Shown here piece by piece: positions 1 through 6,815 of a stretch of DNA of 38,245 nt. The DNA is from a virus (lineage: Duplodnaviria > Caudoviricetes), in the IMG/VR virus record IMGVR_UViG_3300036779_000134, positions 1-38,245 of that record; one strand, given 5' to 3'. A program made the position numbers and the translations under genes. Position 1 is the stretch's first letter. Each line of letters opens with the position of its first letter. The notes beneath the pieces are model-generated. The model did no database searches and had not been told where the DNA came from. It saw only the letters and a list, made by a program, of their open reading frames with translations.

Positions 1-147
1 CCGCCGAGCGCCTACTCGCTGAATCTGAATCCGTAATGCTAGGCCAGTTGCTGGCTGCTTACACGATGGCTGTCGAGGCCCGCATGCTGGGAAGGAAGGG
101 CGGCCGGTACATGGTAATTAGCGAGGAGAGGCTACGGCAGATGCAAG
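1..147. repeat. Terminal direct repeat, left copy (circular assembly overlap)
   Basis: Identical to 38099-38245 except position 21 (G) vs 38119 (T). Confidence 0.97.
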
Positions 148-154
148 AGCGATT

Positions 155-334
155 ATGAAACTTCCCGTTTACTGCGTGTATTGCGGCGCGTATCTGGCCG
201 GCAGCTGGACGCAGCACTTGGCCGGATGCAAGATCCTGGCGCTCATCCGGGAATCTGGCGCCGCGCCGGCCAATGTGCCTGAAGATATTCGGATCCACCT
301 GGAATCGTTAGCGATCGAACCGGAGAAGCTTTGA
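155..334 (+). CDS. 59-aa Cys/His micro-protein (not in ORF track)
   Basis: MKLPVYCVYCGAYLAGSWTQHLAGC...; ATGA overlap with the upstream wrap-around ORF stop and TTGA overlap with the 331 ORF. Confidence 0.65.
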   Translation: MKLPVYCVYCGAYLAGSWTQHLAGCKILALIRESGAAPANVPEDIRIHLESLAIEPEKL

Positions 335-627
335 AAATCCATCTGATGGTGCGCGGCTACCTGGGCCGCACGATGCAATTCGAGCGGTCGCTGACGAGTG
401 AAGAGTGGGGTCTCGATGAGATCATCCCGATGCTGGCGCGGGAGCACGCCGAAGCGATGGCGTGCGGCCATCTGGGCATGATAGAAATCGAGTTTCTGGA
501 CGAGCCGGATGTCAACGAGCGCTACTTCAGAATCGGCGTCGATCCCGGCGGCATGGTGAAACCGATCGACATAAGAGGCCCCAAATCCGGACGACTGCCG
601 CGCGGCCCAGGAGCTAAATCCGGATGA
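331..627 (+). CDS. Hypothetical protein
   Basis: TTG start coupled to the previous stop, GGAG upstream; 98 aa. Confidence 0.65.
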   Translation: MKIHLMVRGYLGRTMQFERSLTSEEWGLDEIIPMLAREHAEAMACGHLGMIEIEFLDEPDVNERYFRIGVDPGGMVKPIDIRGPKSGRLPRGPGAKSG

Positions 628-767
628 GTCCGGGGCGGTACAGGCGCTAAATCCGGATGCGTCCAGAGTGAACCATTCCACCCATGTCCGGCGTGGGGGT
701 GATGCTTCCAGTCTTCCGGCGTGTGAAGGCGTTTCTCAGCGCAGGCGGGACAATTGGTCATTTGCAT
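522..767 (-). CDS. Small CxxC protein with C-terminal (T)HPDLAP repeats
   Basis: Starts 1 nt after the stop of the 769-1158 gene; CPAC...H...HH motif. Confidence 0.6.
   Translation of the reverse strand: MQMTNCPACAEKRLHTPEDWKHHPHAGHGWNGSLWTHPDLAPVPPRTHPDLAPGPRGSRPDLGPLMSIGFTMPPGSTPILK
575..665. repeat. Degenerate 33-bp tandem repeat x3
   Basis: AAATCCGGA core at 583, 616 and 649 (exact 33-nt period). Confidence 0.8.
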
Positions 768-768
768 T

Positions 769-1158
769 CTATGCTATCCGATTCTCAGGGTGAAACCAGA
801 GGCGGTTAAGCCGCTTCACAATCCCGGCTAGGTCGAGGCCATGCCGCAGCTCGAACTCATCCCTTCCCAGAGCATGGTACGAGTCACTCGACATCGTATG
901 GCAATGTGAGCAGAGAGGGACCGCCGAGTAGTCCGAGGCCTTGAGGCTAGTCCCGCCGTCAGAGCCCGTATGCGCCGCTTCGCCGGCCGGATCCTGACCG
1001 CAGCACGCGCAGGGCAGTGTCCGGATCCATGCCAGATACCGCCATGATCTTGCCGTCTTGGGGGTTCCGAGTAGGGAAGCTTTTGAGGGAGACTTCCGGA
1101 GGATGTCGACGCCGTGCACCTCGCGCATGAGATAGCGGCGTAACTGGTAGTTCGTCAC
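769..1158 (-). CDS. DUF968-like / HNH-type Zn-binding protein
   Basis: YLAWIRTLPCACCG...AAH...KASD...VPLCSHCH motif typical of DUF968-like phage proteins. Confidence 0.8.
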   Translation of the reverse strand: MTNYQLRRYLMREVHGVDILRKSPSKASLLGTPKTARSWRYLAWIRTLPCACCGQDPAGEAAHTGSDGGTSLKASDYSAVPLCSHCHTMSSDSYHALGRDEFELRHGLDLAGIVKRLNRLWFHPENRIA

Positions 1159-1670
1159 TTGCGGCGCTCTGAGGAGATCAGGCAGTTCATCATGATGGCC
1201 CGTACTTCGTTCCGGCTGATGCCCTCGAGATTCTGCTTTGCCCAGTTGCAGAGTTCGTGATAGAGCACAAGCTTCTGTTGCGTCTCAGCCCGCACGTTCG
1301 CAAACCAGGCGGATTCGGACAGGTCAGGAGCTGCCGCCGCGCGTTCGGCGGGAGATGGCGCCGGGTGAATGCCTGCTACCGCTTCCGCCCTGACAGCCTG
1401 CGTGTCGGGAGCCACCCATACGTCCCAGTAATCGCCGCGGTCTCTATCCCTGCGCTTGGCGACGTAGAACGGTTCGCCGGCGTGGAGCTCGAGCATGGCG
1501 ATCGACTCCGCGACCTTGGGCTCGAGGAACATCACGCGGCCGTCTTTCAGCGAGAACATGGCGCGTTCGCCGTGCTTGGTCTGGATTAGCTTGGGGCCAG
1601 CGAACTTCAGGCTGACCTGTTGCGGCACGTTGAATTCGAAGCGGACGATGTCGGATTGAGGGGCCGCCAT
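1155..1670 (-). CDS. Hypothetical protein (beta-rich N-terminus, possibly ssDNA-binding-like)
   Basis: 171 aa, translationally coupled on both sides. Confidence 0.7.
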   Translation of the reverse strand: MAAPQSDIVRFEFNVPQQVSLKFAGPKLIQTKHGERAMFSLKDGRVMFLEPKVAESIAMLELHAGEPFYVAKRRDRDRGDYWDVWVAPDTQAVRAEAVAGIHPAPSPAERAAAAPDLSESAWFANVRAETQQKLVLYHELCNWAKQNLEGISRNEVRAIMMNCLISSERRK

Positions 1671-1822
1671 TATTTCGCCTCCCCTTCACGGCGTATCCTG
1701 TCCGCCCGCAGCAGGTCGTAAATCTCTTGCATCCGCTTCGGAGTCGTCGCCAGGCGCGCGTACTCGTTCTTTAGAGCCACCCGCTCTTCGACCGTCAACC
1801 CTACAGCTTTCTGCTTTGTCAT
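1670..1822 (-). CDS. 50-aa hypothetical protein (not in ORF track)
   Basis: MTKQKAVGLTVEERVALKNEYARL...EGEAK; AGGAGG RBS, follows the TAA of the upstream gene, TAATG overlap downstream. Confidence 0.7.
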   Translation of the reverse strand: MTKQKAVGLTVEERVALKNEYARLATTPKRMQEIYDLLRADRIRREGEAK

Positions 1823-2113
1823 TTACGCAACCTCCTGGGAGGAGATCAGATGGCGCCGTTCGCTCGCCGCCGGCCGTGGCGCGGGCAACTCGCGCGGATC
1901 GATGCAGAGGGCGCAGCGGCAGGGTGGCTTGCGGCTCGCGGCGTCTTGGGCGGCGTAGAACGGATCGATTTCGCCTGGGGGGAGATCGCTATCGAGGCCG
2001 AAGTTGATTTCGGCGCTCCGGTATTGCTCTTCAAGCATTTCGTCGAAGCGCTCGCGGTCTGATTGCATGGCTTCGTAGTCGTTCAGGTTGATTTCGTTAA
2101 AGCGGCGGATCAT
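1823..2113 (-). CDS. Hypothetical protein, probably leaderless, first gene of the leftward early operon
   Basis: ATG at 2113 lies 6 nt after a CATAAT -10 box; acidic N-half, CxCxxC near the C-terminus. Confidence 0.65.
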   Translation of the reverse strand: MIRRFNEINLNDYEAMQSDRERFDEMLEEQYRSAEINFGLDSDLPPGEIDPFYAAQDAASRKPPCRCALCIDPRELPAPRPAASERRHLISSQEVA

Positions 2114-2119
2114 ATGTTT

Positions 2120-2148
2120 ATTATGCGTGGCGCTACGCATGAAGTCAA
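2120..2148 (-). promoter_or_regulatory. Sigma70-type promoter with overlapping palindromic operator
   Basis: TTGACT-17 nt-CATAAT; ATGCGTGGCGCTACGCAT (2123-2140) is a near-perfect palindrome. Confidence 0.8.
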
Positions 2149-2171
2149 GCCTTATTTCTTGTCGGGGTTAG

Positions 2172-2200
2172 TTGGGTATGCGTGACGCTTGGTATATAAT
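2172..2200 (+). promoter_or_regulatory. Divergent sigma70-type promoter with related operator
   Basis: TTGGGT-17 nt-TATAAT; TATGCGTGACGC (2177-2188) matches TATGCGTGGCGC (2122-2133). Confidence 0.7.
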
Positions 2201-2220
2201 CGAATCAAAGGAAAAACTGA

Positions 2221-2448
2221 ATGACGATTGACGAACGCCTGGAATTTTTGGTGCAGTCCACCGAATCCCTGCACGCCAGTGCGCAGGAGCTTCATGCCGC
2301 AGTCGCGGAACATTCGCGCCAGATCGCAGCCGCGGAAGCCCGCCAATCAGCGCAGGAGGCTATCGAATCCCGTCTTCGCATCGCCATGCTAAGAGGCATT
2401 CGGGCGTTTCTCGAAGGACTGAACGGCGAGGGGCCCGATGAAAACTAA
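2221..2448 (+). CDS. Small coiled-coil hypothetical protein
   Basis: AAGGA RBS; MTIDERLEFLVQSTESLH heptad pattern. Confidence 0.75.
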   Translation: MTIDERLEFLVQSTESLHASAQELHAAVAEHSRQIAAAEARQSAQEAIESRLRIAMLRGIRAFLEGLNGEGPDEN

Positions 2449-2584
2449 AGACCAGGACAAGATGAGCAACGCCGCGGCCGCCCTGGGACGGAAGGGAGGC
2501 GCGGCCAGAGCTAAGGCGCTCACGAAAGCTCAGAGGCAGGAGAGCGCTAAGAAGGCCGCGGCGGCCAGGTGGGGGAAGAAATGA
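2438..2584 (+). CDS. 48-aa basic KGG-motif protein (not in ORF track), candidate DNA-binding regulator
   Basis: MKTKDQDKMSNAAAALGRKGGAARAKALTKAQRQESAKKAAAARWGKK; ATGA overlap with the next ORF. Confidence 0.8.
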   Translation: MKTKDQDKMSNAAAALGRKGGAARAKALTKAQRQESAKKAAAARWGKK

Positions 2585-2955
2585 AAAAGCCTAGCAAGTC
2601 CGATGCGCAGCTCCGAGAGATCCGGGAGATTCTGCGATTGAACGCTATACGGCAAGCCAGAACCGCCAAACAGATCGATAGACATGCGGAAGCTAGGCGT
2701 CGAGCGGGCGTGAGTGAGTATGATCGGGAAATGAAGGAAATCCGTGTGCTCTTCAAGGCGAGTGCGGTAAGCCGAACCATCGGCGCGTGTGGGTGTGGTC
2801 ATCGAAGGCCTCCGGACAATACTGGACGGCAGTCAAGGGAGACGGCCAGAAGTGGACGTATTGCAAGTTTGGCGGGTCTGGCAGTTTCCGCTTATTCGGC
2901 GCCCAATGGAAGAATGCGCGGCGTATCCGCGTGGTGCTCACCGTCGCGCACCTGA
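2581..2955 (+). CDS. Hypothetical protein; C-terminal half probably out-of-frame read-through
   Basis: Helical N-terminal ~60 aa (..EMKEIRVLFK), then the frame overlaps an HNH remnant. Confidence 0.45.
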   Translation: MKKPSKSDAQLREIREILRLNAIRQARTAKQIDRHAEARRRAGVSEYDREMKEIRVLFKASAVSRTIGACGCGHRRPPDNTGRQSRETARSGRIASLAGLAVSAYSAPNGRMRGVSAWCSPSRT

Positions 2956-3107
2956 ACCACACGCCAGGCGACGACCGGGACGAGAATCTGCGGTTCCTCT
3001 GCTGTTGGTGCCACTTGAACTTCGATAAATTACACCACCGGGAAACACGGCGCAAGCGGAAGGATGCTTCGAGGCCGATGCAGTGGGAAGGGGAGATTGC
3101 TCTATGA
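2760..3107 (+). pseudogene. HNH endonuclease-like gene lacking a normal N-terminus
   Basis: ECGKPNH...VVLTVAHLNHTPGDDRDENLRFLCCWCHLNFD; in-frame TGA at 2721 and no ATG/GTG/TTG before the first Cys motif. Confidence 0.6.
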
Positions 3108-3320
3108 ACCGAACGCGCGAGGAGCATCTGGAATGGGCAAAGAACCGAGCCTTAGAATATCTGCCGGGTAATCCAGTCGAAGCCATGACGTTCGATGGGG
3201 TCCGATCTACACAAGCACCCGGAACTCGAGAACCATGCGGGACTGGGGATTATGCCGATGTTCTACGGCGCCCATAACGATCCCGAGGCCGTCCGCAGGT
3301 GGATAGTGGGGTTCAATTGA
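3104..3320 (+). pseudogene. Small phage protein with an apparent 1-nt frameshift at ~3191
   Basis: Removing one T at 3191/3192 gives MNRTREEHLEWAKNRALEYL...AMTSMGSDLHKHPELENH...EAVRRWIVGFN, a coherent 71-aa protein. Confidence 0.65.
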
Positions 3321-3343
3321 GCCGCCAAGGGGGGGATTACCTT

Positions 3344-3919
3344 ATGAACGACATATCCAGGATCGAGACCGAAGCGCTGGTCGAATTGCTCGCAGTCGAG
3401 ATGCGCGATTTGGTCGAGTCGGGCGCGGGCTTGCCTTTTGTCTTCGATCCGGCCGAGGCCTTCGCGTTGCTGGCAGTGTTGCAGCTCGCCTTAAGACATC
3501 CAGGTCTCGCCGGATTCGCGCACGATGTAGCGCTGCGCCTGGCGCATAACATCGAGCAACGCCTGGGCGTGACGCCGGCGATCCGCGAGGCCGCCCGCCG
3601 CGGTTGGTTCCCGGAGCATGACCGCGGAGAGGAACGCGACGGGGCTAAGTTCTACGGATCAAATCCGGAAGAGGCTGAGATCGCCGCCGCCGCCGAACGC
3701 GAAGCCTGCATGAAGATCGCGGAGGAGTGCGCCGCTTTGGCTGGCTCCGTATTGATAAATGAAAGTTACCGGAACGTGTGGCGCGCGGCGGCCACCAAGA
3801 TCCGCGATCGCATCGGGTTCCGGGGACTGCATAATTCCTACGGATCAACCCCGGAAGAGGCCGAGAAGTTGGGGCGCGAAGCCTATGAGAGAGCGGCTAA
3901 AGGGGAGAAATCGAAGTGA
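3344..3919 (+). CDS. Hypothetical protein with YGSxPEEAE repeat
   Basis: GGGGGA RBS before ATG 3344; GTGA-coupled to the next ORF. Confidence 0.7.
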   Translation: MNDISRIETEALVELLAVEMRDLVESGAGLPFVFDPAEAFALLAVLQLALRHPGLAGFAHDVALRLAHNIEQRLGVTPAIREAARRGWFPEHDRGEERDGAKFYGSNPEEAEIAAAAEREACMKIAEECAALAGSVLINESYRNVWRAAATKIRDRIGFRGLHNSYGSTPEEAEKLGREAYERAAKGEKSK

Positions 3920-4029
3920 CGATTGATGCCCTCGCAAGCGAGTCAAGGGAAGCCGACGCGCGTCTGGGAGCGAGGATCGAGAGTCTTGTGAGCGCGATAG
4001 GTCAGTTCATTGCGAGGGAGAATCGATGA
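3916..4029 (+). CDS. 37-aa peptide (RIESLVSAIGQFI motif; not in ORF track)
   Basis: GTGA overlap with the previous stop, GGGGAG RBS. Confidence 0.5.
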   Translation: MTIDALASESREADARLGARIESLVSAIGQFIARENR

Positions 4030-4105
4030 TCGAAGAAGGATTCAAGATTGGGTTGGGAATAGCCGCCTGGTTCGCGGGGCAATGGATTAGACGCTGCCTG
4101 CTGTT

Positions 4106-6811
4106 TTACTTCTGGCGGTCTCCTGAACCATCCGGCGCCGATGCCATCCTGGATAAGGTCTTTGCTGTCAGCTGCGCTCCGGCCGTATCTCCGCGAAGGT
4201 CCATCTGAATCCCCTGCGTCATCAGATTGATGAATTTCTGATTTGTCAACAGTCGGGCGAGGGCCTTGTTGGCGCCAACTTCCGCACCTACGCCGGCAAT
4301 CGCTCCCAGACCTCCCAACCCGGCGCCCTCGGCGTAACCACCGTGGGTTCCCCCTCCGACCGCTCCAAGCGCCGTCCCCAGTCCGGTGAATATGTTTCCT
4401 TTCATCCGGTTCAGATTCGCGAGAAACGATGTGCCCGAGGTATTCGGATTCCTGGCTAGCCGCTTCATGGCGAAGAACAGGTTGTTCAGGCTATCTACCA
4501 CCTTGGGGTCTTTTACCATGAGCGCTTTCGCTTCTTCCGGCATATCCAGCCAGCCGTCGAGCGTGCCCTGCACCTTCTGCAAATCGCCTTCCCGCGTGGC
4601 GCGATTAAAGATCCCTTCGACGAATGAGCGGAACAGTCCCGGCATCTGTTCCGGCGTCTCTTGCGCAACGGCGCGCAATTGAGTGATGGCGCGACCTTTC
4701 GAAGCCATCAGTTTATTGGCTAAGGCCTCGGGGTCCATCTGGGTGAGGGGCCCGAACTGCTGTTGTTTGGCGTAATACTGATCGAGTTGACCGATCAGCT
4801 TCGGATCTTTGAAAAGAACCTTCTTACTCTCCGGGCCTAACGCATCCCACTTGCCCCCTGAATCGATGAACGCCCTTCCTATCGCCGGCATTTGATCCGG
4901 GGCCACCTGCGCGATCGCCCGCATCTGCTCGATATTCGCGTCCCGGCCGCGCGTCATCTCGCCGTAGACGCCCACCGGTTCTTTCTCTGTCAGTCCGCCG
5001 AACTGCTCTTTCTGGGCATAGTAATTGTCGAGCGAGTTGATTAGGTTATTGTCGCCGTGAAAGATGACGTTCTTGGTTCCCGGGCCGAGAGTGTTCCAAT
5101 CCCCGCCCGAGTCGATAAACGCCCTGCCGACGTGCGCCATCGCGTCGGGCGCGATTCTGGCGATATTGCGCAGTCGCTCGACGCCGGCATCGCCTGCCCA
5201 CGTCAACCCCCTATAGACGCTTACCGGCTCGATCTTCTCGAGGTTCCGGTTTCCGAATCCGGCGTAAGCGTCCGCAATGTCGTGCTTCTGCGCCGTTGCC
5301 CTTCGGCCGGCCTGCAGATTGTCGAGTGCTGGTGAGGGGGTCCCACTCGCGGGGTCCCAACCCGGATAGAACGCGGTTGCCATCTTCGCGTCGATAGCCT
5401 GTTGGAGTTGCGCCACCGATGCAGCCGCCAATCCCTGGCTAGGGTCGCGCAATTCTGCCAATCCCTTTTCAGTGCGCGCGGCATCCTTCAACATCCCGAG
5501 ATCCGTTTCGGCTACGCTCGCCGGCTTGAACCGCGATTCGTTCAGGATATTCCGCATCGATTTGAGGCCGAGCGATGCTCGAACATCGGTATCGCTCAAG
5601 GTGCGTTCGTAGCGCCGCGCGAGCGGTTCGAGCGCATCCTGAACGTCCGCCATATCGATGGGGAGGGCCATCTTTTCCGTCGTAACGGAGCCGTCTGCGT
5701 TGTATAGTTGATTCCCTTCGTCGTCTCGTACCGGCACCTGCTCGATATTGCCCGGATGCTTTTCTGCCTGCCATGCCGCTTTATAAGATTGATCCGCCTG
5801 CTTGTCCAGATTTCGGATCGCGGCCTTTCCGGCCTCGAGAACCTTTCCGCCTGCAATTTCCGGGCTCGATGGCGTAGGCGAAACTTCGCTTGCGAGACCG
5901 CTCCGCGTCTGATCGAGGAGGCTCGCTAGTTTATTCCGCAATCCCGCGCCAGCCTCTTCCGGGGTGGTCTCTGCTGGTAATACCTTGGCCGCCAGGTCGC
6001 TGCGCGTCTTTTGCAGATTAGACGCAAGCTGCTCGCTTACCGCCGCGCCGGCCTCTTCAGGCGTCACCGGCTGGAACTGGATCTTCGATAGTTCTCTTTT
6101 CCCCCGGTCAATCAGTTCTTGCTTGAGAGCCTGCTGGCGTTCCGCTAGCGCGCCGCCGCCGGGAGATCGAGCTACAGAGCTTTGAATGTCGAGCGCAGAG
6201 GGTGAGCTCGTCTGCATCGCGAGAGGCGTCTGCAAGCCTTGGCTGGCCATCCATTGCTGGTTTGCCTGGTCCAGCGGGTCTAGAGGACGGACCAACGGGG
6301 GTACGACGGTGACCTTATCCGGAAGAGCACCCCGAAGAGCGCCCGCAACGTGCGGCGCTGCCATCGTTATGCCGAGAGTGGTAGCGTCGGCCGCGGCGCC
6401 GGTCAGGTCCCCACTGCCCAACTTCTCGCCGATGTTGGCAGCGGCGGGCCCAACTCCAGGCAGGATTGCAGCGAGCGCGTGACCAACTGCTTCCGATCGA
6501 TCGCCGGATTTCCATTTGTCCGCCGCCTGGATGGCCTGGTCTACTTGAGGATCGAGAACGAGCTGCTTTAACGCCTTGATATGGTCGATGGCGCCTAGCG
6601 GATTCATACTCGCTGCATCCGTGGCGGCAGCCCCGAGGTGCACCGCGGTTGCAGCCATTCCCTTTACGGTGTTCCATAGCCCCGTGCCGACTTGTGAAAG
6701 ATATCCAGGAGGCGCGTTAGTTTGGGCGTACACCTGATCGAGTAAGTCCCCGCCTTGCCCGCCTTGCGGCGCGGTTGACTGTGCGTGTACCTGGTCGAGA
6801 AGGTCCGCCAT
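4106..6811 (-). CDS. Large DNA ejection/internal virion protein (P22 gp16-like position)
   Basis: 901 aa, Ala/Gly-rich helical with hydrophobic Gly-rich segments; last gene of the P22-like structural block. Confidence 0.7.
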   Translation of the reverse strand: MADLLDQVHAQSTAPQGGQGGDLLDQVYAQTNAPPGYLSQVGTGLWNTVKGMAATAVHLGAAATDAASMNPLGAIDHIKALKQLVLDPQVDQAIQAADKWKSGDRSEAVGHALAAILPGVGPAAANIGEKLGSGDLTGAAADATTLGITMAAPHVAGALRGALPDKVTVVPPLVRPLDPLDQANQQWMASQGLQTPLAMQTSSPSALDIQSSVARSPGGGALAERQQALKQELIDRGKRELSKIQFQPVTPEEAGAAVSEQLASNLQKTRSDLAAKVLPAETTPEEAGAGLRNKLASLLDQTRSGLASEVSPTPSSPEIAGGKVLEAGKAAIRNLDKQADQSYKAAWQAEKHPGNIEQVPVRDDEGNQLYNADGSVTTEKMALPIDMADVQDALEPLARRYERTLSDTDVRASLGLKSMRNILNESRFKPASVAETDLGMLKDAARTEKGLAELRDPSQGLAAASVAQLQQAIDAKMATAFYPGWDPASGTPSPALDNLQAGRRATAQKHDIADAYAGFGNRNLEKIEPVSVYRGLTWAGDAGVERLRNIARIAPDAMAHVGRAFIDSGGDWNTLGPGTKNVIFHGDNNLINSLDNYYAQKEQFGGLTEKEPVGVYGEMTRGRDANIEQMRAIAQVAPDQMPAIGRAFIDSGGKWDALGPESKKVLFKDPKLIGQLDQYYAKQQQFGPLTQMDPEALANKLMASKGRAITQLRAVAQETPEQMPGLFRSFVEGIFNRATREGDLQKVQGTLDGWLDMPEEAKALMVKDPKVVDSLNNLFFAMKRLARNPNTSGTSFLANLNRMKGNIFTGLGTALGAVGGGTHGGYAEGAGLGGLGAIAGVGAEVGANKALARLLTNQKFINLMTQGIQMDLRGDTAGAQLTAKTLSRMASAPDGSGDRQK

Positions 6812-6815
6812 GTGT

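Noticed and set aside
1-147. Physical direct terminal repeat of the virion DNA
   Set aside because: It falls mid-gene and its length fits an assembler overlap; PBSX-type terminases are commonly headful packagers.
575-665. Mini CRISPR array
   Set aside because: The period is only 33 nt, units are degenerate and in frame within ORFs, there are no spacer-sized unique segments and no cas genes.
4026-4208. 60-aa plus-strand ORF
   Set aside because: ATGA-coupled but overlaps the end of the 901-aa gene by 103 nt; insufficient support.
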